A stretch of DNA of 64,000 nucleotides from an uncultured Chloroflexia bacterium (GCA_963712005.1 CAVQGK010000018.1:105503-169502); one strand, 5' to 3'. Positions 47,833-57,305 are shown, numbered from the stretch's first letter. The notes: generated from the letters alone by a model not told the origin. Numbers and translations: made by a program.

Positions 47833-48222
47833 ATGCCCAAAGATAACAGGCGCCTGCGCACCTTCGCCAAACATATCGTCAATCCGGTGCTGCGCAACGC
47901 CGCTCGCTCGTCCTATGGCCCGTTCGCGCTGCTACGCCATGTGGGCCGACATAGCGGGAAGCAGTATGAGACACCGATCATGGTCTGGCGGATGAAAGAC
48001 GGCTTTATGATCGTCCTGACCTATGGCCCAAATACGGACTGGCTACGCAACCTTCAGGCCGCCGACCAGGGGAGCCTGCGCTGGCACAAGCGGGAGCACG
48101 TTTTCAAAAGGCCGGAGTTCATCGACGCGGCAGCCGCCCGACAGGCGCTTCCGCCGTTTATCAAGTTCGTGCTGGGGCTGCGTGGCGCACACGAGTATGT
48201 CATATTGGCCGACGCTCGTTAG
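47833..48222 (+). CDS. DUF385 / deazaflavin-dependent nitroreductase-family protein
   Basis: LLRHVGRHSGKQYETPIMVWRMKDGFMIVLTYGPNTDWLRNLQA resembles the F420-dependent nitroreductase family. Its TAG stop lies in the TTAG duplicated by the adjacent IS. Confidence 0.6.
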   Translation: MPKDNRRLRTFAKHIVNPVLRNAARSSYGPFALLRHVGRHSGKQYETPIMVWRMKDGFMIVLTYGPNTDWLRNLQAADQGSLRWHKREHVFKRPEFIDAAAARQALPPFIKFVLGLRGAHEYVILADAR

Positions 48223-48249
48223 TACTACAGTGACAGTTAAGCAGGAAGA

Positions 48250-49509
48250 ATGGTAGACTGCTTCGAAGAGGTGAAGCAGATGACCAACGAAGAGAGCAAA
48301 AGCCAACCAGCCGAAGGCGTAGACGATTTGTCGGAGTACGCCGAGGCGGAGCTGACCCAGGTGCATGCCCGCATCGGGCCGCACTTTCGGCGAGCGGAGG
48401 CACGCCAGCGAGCGCACCGCTTCCTGCACGGATTACTGGCTCCGATCGAACGCAAGAATGGGTGGCAGCTGGCAGAAGAACTGGGGGAGCGCGGACCACA
48501 CGGCGTGCAGCGCCTCTTGGGGGAAGCCGACTGGGATGCCGAGGCGGTCCGCGAGGAGCTGCGGGGGTATGTGCTGGAGCATCTGGCAGAGGAGTCCGCG
48601 GTGCTGGTCGTGGATGAAACGGGCTTTCTCAAGAAAGGCAAGAAATCGGCTGGAGTCGCGCGCCAGTATAGTGGGACGGCGGGTCGGCGGGAGAATTGCC
48701 AAGTCGGGGTATTTCTGCTCTATGCCAGCGCCACAGGCGCCGCGTTCTTGGACCGTGCGCTCTATCTGCCCGAAGAATGGACCACGGACCGGGTCCGGTG
48801 CCGCGAGGCGGGTATTGCTGACGACGTGACGTTTGCCACCAAAGGGGTGCTGGCTCAACAAATGCTCCAGCGGGCTTTTGACGCGGGGGTCTCTGCGAGC
48901 TGGGTGGTCGGTGATACGGTCTATGGCTACGATGAATTGCGCCTGTGGCTGGAGGAGCAGGGCCGTCCCTATGTGGTCGCCGTGACCGGGACGCATACCG
49001 TGTGGGCGGCGGGACAGCAGCAGTCCGTGGCGCTGTTGGCCGCCCTCTTGCCGCCGGAGGCGTGGGTGGTGCTCTCGGCCGGAGAGGGAAGCCAAGGGCC
49101 ACGCCTCTATGAATGGGCGTGGCTGCAGTTGCCGCCCTCTCCCCAGCAACGCCGTGGACTGACCCGGTGGGTGCTGATCCGGCGGAGCTTGACGGATCCC
49201 AGCAAGAGAGCCTATTACCGGGTGGCCGGTCCCGCCACTACCACCTTAGCGGAGCTGGTGCAGGTGGCGGGCAGCCGTTGGCGGATCGAAGAGAGCTTTG
49301 AACAGGCCAAAGGAGAAGTCGGGCTCGATCACTATGAGGTCCGCGGCTTTAGCGCCTGGTATCGCTATGTGACCCTGGCGCTGTTGGCACACGCCGTGTT
49401 GGTCGTCCTGCGCGCGCAAGTGAACCCACCGGGGAAAAGGGGGAGCAGATTCAGGTGGTCTGCGCTGGAGCGTCGCAGAACTCCGCCGGCTGATGCACGC
49501 GCTAGGTGA
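48250..49509 (+). CDS. IS701-family DDE transposase (copy B)
   Basis: 419 aa, collinear with copy A (VVDETGFLKKGKKSAGVARQYSGTAGRRENCQVGVFL...RWRIEESFEQAKGEVGLDHYEVR). The last ~25 codons look out of frame. Confidence 0.85.
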   Translation: MVDCFEEVKQMTNEESKSQPAEGVDDLSEYAEAELTQVHARIGPHFRRAEARQRAHRFLHGLLAPIERKNGWQLAEELGERGPHGVQRLLGEADWDAEAVREELRGYVLEHLAEESAVLVVDETGFLKKGKKSAGVARQYSGTAGRRENCQVGVFLLYASATGAAFLDRALYLPEEWTTDRVRCREAGIADDVTFATKGVLAQQMLQRAFDAGVSASWVVGDTVYGYDELRLWLEEQGRPYVVAVTGTHTVWAAGQQQSVALLAALLPPEAWVVLSAGEGSQGPRLYEWAWLQLPPSPQQRRGLTRWVLIRRSLTDPSKRAYYRVAGPATTTLAELVQVAGSRWRIEESFEQAKGEVGLDHYEVRGFSAWYRYVTLALLAHAVLVVLRAQVNPPGKRGSRFRWSALERRRTPPADARAR

Positions 49510-49939
49510 GCCCGAGGAGGTGCGGGTGCGGCGCCTGTGGTGGTCCCACTTCCGTCGCGGGCATCAAGCCCAGGCTCAACGCTGTCATCGAGATCACCGG
49601 GCGACTCAAGCTCCCCACATTCCTGCCCGGCTTCCCCAGCCCACCCTGTTGCTCGGTCTCCCTCCGCTCACGGATGAATCCTGGGAGCAGCTTCGCCTCC
49701 TGCTTCCTCCTCACAAGCCTCCCACCGGCCGACCGGCAATCGATCATCGCCTGATCGTTGAAGGGATGCTCTGGATAGCACGCTCCGGCTCCTCGTGGCG
49801 CGAGCTACCCGGGCGGTATGGGCCCTGGACTACGGTAGCCAGTCGCTATCAACGCTGGTGGAAAGAGGGGTTGTGGATGCGCATCGTACAGACCTTGTTG
49901 GCTCCGGATAATCCTCCTTCTCCGGCTTCATCCCCGTAA
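49436..49939 (+). CDS. Downstream frame of IS701-like copy B: transposase C-tail plus DUF4096-like HTH
   Basis: The frame reads KGGADSGGLRWSVAELRRLMHALGEPEEVRVRRLWWSHFRRGHQ... then LTDESWEQLRLLLPPHKPPTGRPAIDHRLIVEGMLWIARSGSSWRELPGRYGPWTTVASRYQRWWKEGLW. It contains the same GAAAAGGGGGAG motif as copy A. Confidence 0.55.
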   Translation, partial: KGGADSGGLRWSVAELRRLMHALGEPEEVRVRRLWWSHFRRGHQAQAQRCHRDHRATQAPHIPARLPQPTLLLGLPPLTDESWEQLRLLLPPHKPPTGRPAIDHRLIVEGMLWIARSGSSWRELPGRYGPWTTVASRYQRWWKEGLWMRIVQTLLAPDNPPSPASSP

Positions 49940-50053
49940 CTGTCACTGTAGTATTAGAAACTGTACGAGAAGGGGTGATGTCCTCAAGAGCCCTCCAGGA
50001 GATACCCTACCCGAAATGAGTGTCTCAAACACAGTTCGGAGGGCATCCCTGGT

Positions 50054-50165
50054 ATGGCATCTCAAGTGGACCCGGTGGACCCGGTCTATCCCAGCGATCT
50101 CAGCGATGCGGAGTGGGCGATTCTGTCTCCACTGCTCCCGCCTGCACGACCCGGCGGACGACCGC
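50054..50165 (+). pseudogene. 3'-truncated N-terminal fragment of another IS5-type (DUF4096) transposase
   Basis: VDPVYPSDLSDAEWAILSPLLPPARPGGRPRA matches the start of DUF4096 transposases, then loses similarity where the antisense terminase remnant begins. Confidence 0.5.
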
Positions 50166-50662
50166 GTGCACGCTGTTATCCGCTCGTTGCGCCCGTGACG
50201 CCAACCCCTCACGCGCCAGCGCGGCGGCAAGCGCGTCGATATGCTCCGGCTCATCCGGCCCGCAGTACCACGTTTCGACGCCGTAGCGCCGGGTCAGGTC
50301 CAGCAGCACGGGCAGCAGCGTCTCCTCCAGCCCGGCGCGCCGCTGATAGAACTCGTCCACCTGCCAGACGCCGCCATCGCCATCCAGCGCGAAGATGGCC
50401 GCCGCCGAGGGATTGGTGTAGCCACAGTCCACGCCGCCAATGACCCACTGCCAGCGGTCGCGCTGCGGCGGCTCGGCCAGATGCCCGTTCGCGCTGGCGT
50501 CCAGCGTATAGACCAGCCCCTCGAAGGCGACGAATTGGCCTTCGATCTCCTGTTTCGCGAACGCGCCGCTATAGCCCAGCTCGCTGATATAGTCTGGCGG
50601 CAGGTTGTGCGCATTGGTCCAGGTGGAGGCGCGAAAGAGCGCGTGGCCGGGCCGCTGAGCTA

Positions 50663-51766
50663 AGTAGGTAGCCAGAACCGCATGGACCAGATCCTGCAGC
50701 GAAGGCCTGTAGAGGAGGGACAGGCGATGCAGTTGCAGATGAGTGCGACAGAGTGGGACGACTTGGAGCGGGCGCAGCGCAACGAACGGCGCGTGCGCCA
50801 CTGGCGGCGCTACCAAGCCATCCGCTTAGTGGCGCAGGGACAGACGCCGGACGAGGTCGCCGCCGTGCTGGGGTGCCGGCGATCAAGTGTGTACAACTGG
50901 CTCGCGGCATGGAAGAGCCGGGGGAGTCAGGGACTGGCTGAACCGCGCCACGGCGGACGGCAGCGGCGGGTAGATGGCTCAGGGATCGTCCAGCTCGAGA
51001 GGCTTCTGGCCATCGATCCGCACGAGTTGGGCGAACAGGCGACGAATTGGACGGTTCCCCTGCTCCTGACCCATCTGAGTCGCAGGGGGTATGCAGTGAG
51101 TGAGCATACGCTGCGGCGGACGCTGCATCGGTTGGGATGGCGCTGGAAACGGCCCCGCTACGAACTGGGGCGGCCCGATCCCGCCTATGAGGTAAAAAAA
51201 ACGCGGTTGTGGCGCAAATGAGCCAAGTGCTCGCCGAGGGAGGCGAGGTGTGGATGGCCGATGAGACCATGTTACGCGAGTTTCCGCCCCTGCGCGCCTG
51301 TTGGACCCGACGCGGCGAACAGGCGAAGGTGGTGGTCAGCGGGCGCAATCCCCATCGTCTGCTGCTGGGCGCGCTCAACATCGTGAGTGGCCAGCTGGTG
51401 CGGCTCATCCGCGCACACGGGCGGACAGCCGACGTCCAAGCGTTTATTGAGCAGCTGGGCACAGTGCGTCCCCACATTCCCAAACTGGTGGTGTGGGACA
51501 ATGCGCCCCCGCATCACCCCAAGGTGGTGCGCCACGCCGCTGAGGCGGCGCACATCCGGCTCGCGTTCTTGCCGTTTCGTGCCCCCGAACTCATGCCGTG
51601 TGAAGATCTCTGGCGCCAACTCAAGGCGGTGGTCGCCGCCAACCGGGCGTATGCTGATATCACGGAGTTAGCCGAGCGGGCCCTGGCGTGGTTGGACGCT
51701 ATCCCTCCGGCTGATCGGTTACGGCGAGCAGGCGTCACCTCGTCCAAGTTCAATTGGTTACCGACT
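50663..51766 (+). mobile_element. IS630-family insertion sequence (1104 bp) with TA target duplication
   Basis: Inverted ends agtaggtagcca... and ...tggttaccgact, flanked by TA at 50661-50662 and 51767-51768. Removing it restores the terminase reading frame. Confidence 0.85.
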
Positions 51767-51769
51767 TAG
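50727..51769 (+). CDS. IS630-family transposase (orfA/orfB joined by -1 slippage on an A8 run)
   Basis: orfA has an HTH (RRSSVYNWLAAWKSRG) and orfB a DDE_3 domain (VWMADETML...VVWDNAPPHH...CEDLW). The run aaaaaaaa at 51194-51201 links the frames: ...AYEVKK|NAVVAQMSQVL... Confidence 0.85.
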
Positions 51770-52548
51770 CTCGAAGTCGCGGGCGAAACCGTCGCGCCCC
51801 TTCGGCGTACCAGTCGCCCAACCCGACGTCGCGTAGCCACGCTGGCGCAGCCGCCCCTTCAGCACCTGCCAGGCATAGTAGCCACAGAGCGGCGCTTCGT
51901 CCAGCCAGAACCAGGCGAGATTAAGGCCGCGCAGCCCGTCCGGCGCATCCAGCGAACGGAAGAGGATCTCGCTGCCGTTGCGCAGGATCAGGTGACCCTC
52001 GGTCTTGTTGTAGCTGGCAATCAGGGAGGCTGGCAGCAGCGCAAAGAACGTGCGGGCCGTGGCGTCACGCAGCATCGGATAGGTTGGCGCGCCGATGACG
52101 CCGAGCGAGCCGGGATGCTCAATGGCGCGCAAAAGCTGCTCGGCCCGTTCGGCGCGCTCCTCCTGCGCGAGTGTCTCTAGCCGGGCACGCAGCCAACGGC
52201 GGATGGTCGTCTCGCTGACGGCGAGCGTCACCGCGATCTCCGCGATCCGCATCCCCTGGCAGTAGAGCGTGAACGCCCGCTCCTCGCGGCTATGTTCCAG
52301 TTCGTCCAGATCGTTACCTGACGTGTTATTCATATCGGTCCCCATAATTTCTGCCTCCCCGCTCTTCCGAAGGGGTTGAGCGCCCCGCCCCTGCGCTCCG
52401 GTGCCCAAAGGCCCCACATTGACCGCTTCCGCCTCCACCCCGCAACACCAGGAAAAACACAACAGCGCCCCAGCCTCCCCATGTCAGGAAGCCAGGGCGC
52501 CGTCCTCCGGCTTACCCCATTTCAACCATTCAGATCAAAGTAACCAGC

Positions 52549-52878
52549 CTACAGTTGCGTGCGAATGTCGCCGTCAATTGATTGCGGCCCCTCGCCCTTC
52601 CAGGTCAGCCAGATTTGGCCGCTCTCTGGCGCGGTCTCGTTGATGCGCGTCTGGTGTCCGGCCAGCCAGAGGATGAGGCGCAACGCCCGTCCGCGCAGAC
52701 GCATGCGCAGGCTGCCATAACGCAGTTCGCCCTCGTGACTCTCGCCATGCTGCCCCTTCTCGATATCCCCCATGATTCCCTGCCCCATGACCCGTGACCA
52801 GACATCCACACCATATGAATCGCCCGCATGCTGTGCACGCTGTGCGTTCGTCAGCCATCCTTGCCGAGCAATTCGCAC
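52549..52878 (-). CDS. Hypothetical protein (weak call)
   Basis: 109-aa ORF with plausible composition (GELRYGSLRMRLRGRALRLILWLAGHQTRINETAPESGQIWLTWKGEG). A TTGTGG-17-TATAGT promoter-like motif lies at 52912-52884 on the minus strand. The start is uncertain (GTG 52878 or ATG 52788). Confidence 0.35.
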   Translation of the reverse strand: MRIARQGWLTNAQRAQHAGDSYGVDVWSRVMGQGIMGDIEKGQHGESHEGELRYGSLRMRLRGRALRLILWLAGHQTRINETAPESGQIWLTWKGEGPQSIDGDIRTQL

Positions 52879-53000
52879 CCCAAACTATAGAACAAATATT
52901 CTAATTCCACAAGGGCGGAAGACCGCTTTTTGGCTGCGCGGCTGAAGGTGGTGGGAGACTCTGGCCAGCAATGGCGGCAGGTGTGGGAGCGGGAACACGT

Positions 53001-54113
53001 TCACGCGCCGACGATACCAGACGTGAGTGTCATGTTGACGCCAAGAAACGTGCCGATACGGGCGGCCTCCCTCGCAAGCTGCTTGTGCTGCCGGGCGCTC
53101 AGCTGGACGAATGATTCTACGCGCAGCTCGTTCGCCTTCCCCTGCTTGCGACGCTCCCATATCCCGGCGACGGCGCCGTCTATCAGCAGCACAGGAAGTC
53201 CCGTCGCACTCTCGAAACGCCCGCGCCCATAGGTGTTCACACGTGGTCGCGCCACCTCAGGCACGATGCGCTCGCGGGGGCCGCAGCCGAGCAGGTAGCA
53301 ATCGTATTGCGGGAGCAGCCAGAGCGAGGACTCGTCGGCCTCTTGCAGGTCGTCATGTCCGTCACCGGCCAGCAGCCAGGCGGCAAGTGACTCCATCAGT
53401 CCGCGCGCCTGCTCAGGCTTGAGCCGGAACCAGTGGGCGATGTCCTGGTGAGTGGCGGGGCCATAGGTCACGATATAGCGGCGGCATAGCTCGATCAGCG
53501 CATCCTTGGGATCGTGCGCCTCCCAGTGTCCGATCCACTGGTCCGCCCGGACGAAGCTCACCTGGCTCCCCGTGCCTGGGCCGAAACAGAGCTTCCCAGC
53601 CAGCGCGGCGGGAGCAAGCAGCTCGCCCCAGGCGGAGAGCAGCCGCTCGCGCGCCCACTCGCCCACCTGGCTGGTCACCGCGTCGGCAAGCTCCTTGCGG
53701 GTGAGACAGCGGCCATCGAGCGCAGCGCCAATGGCATCGAGCAGATCGTCCGCCTGCGATGGCTCCAGGCCCGTGCGCTGATACCACGGCGGCCCGCTGA
53801 GCGCCTCGGCAGCTTGCAGCGCCGCCATCCAGAGCGGCAGCTCATCCGCGGGGAGCAGGTGCAGCGTTCCGCGCGGGCCGTGGGTCTTGACCAGCGCGTG
53901 CTGCTCCCAGAGCGCCGCCCGCACGTCCTGCCGCGTGATATCGGCCACGCGCGCGCTGATGGCAAGCTCGGCGGCGGAGAGAATCTGCGCCTGGATGCCG
54001 CCGACCGCGCGCACCGTCTCGACCAACTGGACGGCTGGCGCGGGCGCGAGTAGGCGCTGGCGAGCAAGCCGCCGTCGGCACGCCGATTCCCACGTGAACG
54101 ATATCATGCTCAT
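53001..54113 (-). CDS. Winged-helix YcaQ/AlkZ-family protein (interstrand-crosslink DNA glycosylase family)
   Basis: RRRLARQRLLAP...VETVRAVGGIQAQILSAAELAISARV...LVKTHGPRGTLHLLPADELPLW is the N-terminal pattern of DUF1006/YcaQ proteins. Confidence 0.75.
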   Translation of the reverse strand: MSMISFTWESACRRRLARQRLLAPAPAVQLVETVRAVGGIQAQILSAAELAISARVADITRQDVRAALWEQHALVKTHGPRGTLHLLPADELPLWMAALQAAEALSGPPWYQRTGLEPSQADDLLDAIGAALDGRCLTRKELADAVTSQVGEWARERLLSAWGELLAPAALAGKLCFGPGTGSQVSFVRADQWIGHWEAHDPKDALIELCRRYIVTYGPATHQDIAHWFRLKPEQARGLMESLAAWLLAGDGHDDLQEADESSLWLLPQYDCYLLGCGPRERIVPEVARPRVNTYGRGRFESATGLPVLLIDGAVAGIWERRKQGKANELRVESFVQLSARQHKQLAREAARIGTFLGVNMTLTSGIVGA

Positions 54114-55087
54114 GACATCTCCTCATCCGCCCGCTCATAGAGCGCGACCGTCGCCTGGGCGGCGTCGAGGATGGCGAGGCGCAGTGCGTCTGGCTTGATC
54201 ACCTCGACCTGCGGCCCATAGCTCAGGATGAACTCGCGGGCGCTATGGTCATCCTCGAAGAGCACCACCACCCGCGCCCAGCCATCGGCGCCGGGCGGCT
54301 CCTCGCGCTCGACCCGCGTATAGCGGCCACCGGAGCGCACCGCGCCCAACGCGCCAGCCGCCACGCGCAACGTCGCGGGAAAGCGGGGGATGCGCTCGCT
54401 AAAACGTGCCGACGACTCCGCCCAGTGGGCCACCAGATCGAAGCCCGGCGGGCGCTCGAAGAGATCGTCCAGCAGTTCGGCGCTGCGCACGCGCGAGACG
54501 CGGTAGGTGCGCGGCTGGCCCTCTATCGCGACGATCATATACCAGACGCTGCCCTTCGCCACCAGCCCCAGCGGATCGCCCAGCCGCTCGCCCGCGTCCT
54601 CTCCCTCATAGCCGTAGGTGAAGCGCAGGCGACGTTGCTGCCAGACGGCCTGCTGGATGATCGGCAGCAGTGGCACGGCGTCGTCGCGCTGGCCCCAGCC
54701 AGCCACGTCGATGTGGATGCGCTGGCGGATATCCTCAGCGTTCTGGCGCGAGATCGCGGGCAGCGCCGCCAGCAGCTTGATGAGCGCCGCGTCCGACGCC
54801 TGCTCCATCCCCAGATCGGCCATCAGCCGCGAGGGGCGAGTCAGAAAGAGCGCCTGAATCTCGGCGGCGTTCATGCCGGTCAGGTTGGTGCGATACTCCT
54901 CCAGCAGCCGCCAGCCCCCACCGGTGCCGCGCTCCGCCGTGACGGGGATACCTGCGATGCCAAGCGCCACCATGTCGCGGTGGATGGTGCGCTCCGAGAC
55001 CTCCAGCCGCCGCGCCAGCTCGCCCGCCGTCATCTGGCGATGCACCTGGAGCAGCAGCAGAATCGAGAGTAAGCGATCCGCGCGCAT
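54110..55087 (-). CDS. YafY-type HTH-WYL-WCX transcriptional regulator
   Basis: MRADRLLSILLLLQVHRQMTAGELARRLEVSERTIHRDMVALGIAGIPV (HTH_11), then a WYL core (VWYMIVAIEGQPRTYRVSRV). It overlaps the YcaQ-like gene by 4 nt. Confidence 0.85.
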   Translation of the reverse strand: MRADRLLSILLLLQVHRQMTAGELARRLEVSERTIHRDMVALGIAGIPVTAERGTGGGWRLLEEYRTNLTGMNAAEIQALFLTRPSRLMADLGMEQASDAALIKLLAALPAISRQNAEDIRQRIHIDVAGWGQRDDAVPLLPIIQQAVWQQRRLRFTYGYEGEDAGERLGDPLGLVAKGSVWYMIVAIEGQPRTYRVSRVRSAELLDDLFERPPGFDLVAHWAESSARFSERIPRFPATLRVAAGALGAVRSGGRYTRVEREEPPGADGWARVVVLFEDDHSAREFILSYGPQVEVIKPDALRLAILDAAQATVALYERADEEMS

Positions 55088-55110
55088 AGTCCAGCCCGCC
55101 CTATCCGTCT

Positions 55111-55180
55111 CAGCCCAACTCCACCCAACTCCACCCAACTCCACCCAACTCCACCCAACTCCACCCAACTCCACCCAACT
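55111..55180. repeat. Tandem decamer (CCACCCAACT), 5 perfect plus 2 degenerate units
   Basis: cagcccaact, then ccacccaact x5 (55121-55170), then gtgctcaact. It begins 24 nt upstream of the WYL regulator ATG. Confidence 0.95.
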
Positions 55181-55603
55181 GTGCTCAACTCTGCCTATCT
55201 CCGACCGTGGCTTTGCGCCGGAAATGGGGCGTACGTCTGCACTATGCCATATCGCGCGCAATCGTGCAGAGTTTCACAGGGCATCAGGCACGCGAAGAGG
55301 AAGTGACGCGGGCCACGGACCTCACTCGCGCATGGATGCTATGCAACAGCGGCGCATGTGGACGTGGATGTGGACGTTTCGGAAACGCGGGATGGGTACA
55401 CTCTTTTCCAGAGCGTGACAGTCTCGCTCAGGCCGCTCGAATGACAGAAATGGACGAAGGAGCATGCGCGGAACCACGCAGGCTGACATGACCACGACGC
55501 TCAGGATGAGCAGCGTCAGTGCAACGCGCATCCGTATGTATGGCACTATCAGTCGCCTGAACCTTCCAGGAGGGATTGGCCAGGTGTGCGGGGAGGTGAT
55601 GCT

Positions 55604-56086
55604 ATGACGGACGAGCAAGCGTTTCAGGACGCATTGGATGAAAACTATTGTTGGGGCTGCGGGCCGCTCAATCCGCACGGCCTACAGATCAAGAGTTACT
55701 GGTCCGACGATGGCGATGAGGCGATCTGCACGTGGCAGCCACAGCCCTATCACACATCCGGCGCGCAGCACATCCTCAACGGTGGGATCATCGCCGTGCT
55801 TATGGACTGCCAGTGTGTCTGTACCGCCGTGGCAGCCGCATACCGCGCGGAAGGGCGCGCGATGACATCGAAGCCATCCTTGTTCTATGCGACCGCCTCC
55901 CTACAGGTTACCTATCTGCGCCCCACGCCAGTCGCCGAGCTGGTGGTGGTCCGGGCGCGGATCACCAGTATGACGGAGCGGAAGACGCTGCTCACCTGTT
56001 CTCTCTATTCCGGTGGCGAGGAGTGCGCCCGCGGCGAATTGGTGGCGGTCCGGGTGCCCGCCACGTGGTACGCGGCGCCAACGTAA
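55604..56086 (+). CDS. PaaI-family hotdog-fold thioesterase
   Basis: YCWGCGPLNPHGLQIKSYW...HILNGGIIAVLMDCQCV. RBS ggaggtg precedes the ATG at 55604. Confidence 0.7.
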   Translation: MTDEQAFQDALDENYCWGCGPLNPHGLQIKSYWSDDGDEAICTWQPQPYHTSGAQHILNGGIIAVLMDCQCVCTAVAAAYRAEGRAMTSKPSLFYATASLQVTYLRPTPVAELVVVRARITSMTERKTLLTCSLYSGGEECARGELVAVRVPATWYAAPT

Positions 56087-56211
56087 ACTGGCACGCTGCG
56101 GCGAACGCGCATACCCAGCGCCACCAAAACAACCGGCCAACCATCATTTTGTCAGTTGCACATGAAAACAAGACGCCAATAGGGCGCATACCAGAAGAAT
56201 GGAGGAGTGAG

Positions 56212-57216
56212 ATGCCAGGTTCTTTCCGGGCGTTTGTCGTCAATCAAACTGCTGAGCGGTTTCAGATGGGCATCCAAAGGCTGGACCAGCGTGATTTACC
56301 GCAGGGAGACGTGCTGATCCGGGTGGCATATGCGGCGATGAACTACAAGGATGCCCTCGTCTGCATCCCCAATGGCAATGTGGCCCGAACCTACCCCCTG
56401 ATACCCGGCCTTGAGCTGACCGGAACGGTGGTTGAGTCAACGGACCCGCGATTCCAGCCGGGCGATGCGGTGGTGGCCTCTGACGGTGGCCAGACTCAGG
56501 GGGTTTCGCGCCATGGCGGCTACAGCGAGTATGCCCGTGTGCCAGGCGATTTTATCTTTCCCCTGCCTGCCAATGTAGACCACAAGCAGGCTCTTGTGCT
56601 CTCAGCCGGACTGACTGTAGCGATGGCGCTGCGCCAACTGGAGAAGAATGGCCTGACTCCCCAGAAGGGTCCGGTGCTGGTCACTGGCGCCACGGGAGGA
56701 GTGGGAAGCCTGGCCGTCCACCTGCTGTCAAGGCGAGGCTATACGATGGCCGCCAGCACAGGCAAGTCCGACGCCGAGGATTATCTCAGACGACTTGGGG
56801 CCAGCGAGATCCTGAGCCGCGCGGAGACCGAGGCCGAGAGCGCGCGACCACTGGAAGCAGAGCGGTGGGCCGGGAGCATCGACACGGTAGGGGGCGCAAC
56901 CCTGGCTTATCTGATGCGGACGACGAAAAAAGGTGGGGGGATCGCGGCCATCGGGGTCGCCGGTGGGGCCGCGTTTCGGGCGACCGTGTATCCCCTCATT
57001 CTGCGGGGCATCATTGTCCTGGGCATTGATATGCCATCGACATCACGTGAGGTGCGCCAAGAACTGTGGGACGAGGTCATCGAGGAAGCAAGCCTCCCCG
57101 GCCTGGGAGACGTAATGCTCACTGAAGTCACGCTAGAGGACATCCCCAGCGTGACCCAGGCGATGTTAAGTGGGAAGACGCGCGGGCGCATCCTGGTCAG
57201 GCCGAATGAACTGTGA
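56212..57216 (+). CDS. YhdH/AcuI-type MDR oxidoreductase (acrylyl-CoA reductase family)
   Basis: FRAFVVNQTAERFQMGIQRLDQRDLPQGDVLIRVAYAAMNYKDAL...PVLVTGATGGVGSLAV. RBS ggaggag precedes the ATG at 56212. The longer ORF from 55732 overlaps the thioesterase gene. Confidence 0.85.
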   Translation: MPGSFRAFVVNQTAERFQMGIQRLDQRDLPQGDVLIRVAYAAMNYKDALVCIPNGNVARTYPLIPGLELTGTVVESTDPRFQPGDAVVASDGGQTQGVSRHGGYSEYARVPGDFIFPLPANVDHKQALVLSAGLTVAMALRQLEKNGLTPQKGPVLVTGATGGVGSLAVHLLSRRGYTMAASTGKSDAEDYLRRLGASEILSRAETEAESARPLEAERWAGSIDTVGGATLAYLMRTTKKGGGIAAIGVAGGAAFRATVYPLILRGIIVLGIDMPSTSREVRQELWDEVIEEASLPGLGDVMLTEVTLEDIPSVTQAMLSGKTRGRILVRPNEL

Positions 57217-57305
57217 GCTTGCTCCGCAACCACCACTGCCCGCCGAGCGCCGCACGCCGGATACGTATCCGGCGTGCCTCTTCGCCCGCCCAATACTTCT
57301 CAAGC

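Larger units (their letters stand above)
48223..49953 (+). mobile_element. IS701-like insertion sequence, copy B (1731 bp), TTAG target duplication
   Basis: Terminal inverted repeats tactacagtgacagtt (48223-48238) and aactgtcactgtagta (49938-49953), flanked by TTAG at 48219-48222 and 49954-49957. Confidence 0.85.
50165..52345 (-). pseudogene. Phage terminase large-subunit remnant, split by IS630 and truncated at both ends of the domain set
   Basis: An N-terminal HTH is followed by GVIGAPTYPMLRDAT...LNLAWFWLDEA (Walker B-like). After IS removal it continues as ...GFARDFEL|AQRPGHALFRASTWTNAHNLPPDYI...VIGGVDCGYTNPSAAAIFALDGDGGVWQVDEFY (nuclease domain). The Walker A region and the C-terminal end are missing. 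Confidence 0.7.

Noticed and set aside
50569-51501. 310-aa minus-strand ORF
   Set aside because: It is antisense to the IS630 transposase frames and has no recognisable domain.
50165-52345. Intact prophage
   Set aside because: Only a fragmentary terminase is present. No portal, capsid, tail, lysis or integrase genes are adjacent, and the gene is disrupted three ways.
52574-52858. Cys-rich 94-aa ORF (MADERTACTACGRFIWCGC...) as a possible RiPP precursor
   Set aside because: It overlaps a better-composed ORF in another frame. Its distal two-thirds are Arg/Ala/Gly-rich, as spurious frames are. No modification enzymes are nearby.
55732-56211. N-terminal 160-codon extension of the YhdH/AcuI-like ORF
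   Set aside because: The extension overlaps the PaaI thioesterase gene in another frame and is Arg-rich. A strong RBS (ggaggag) and homology-like sequence begin at the ATG at 56212.
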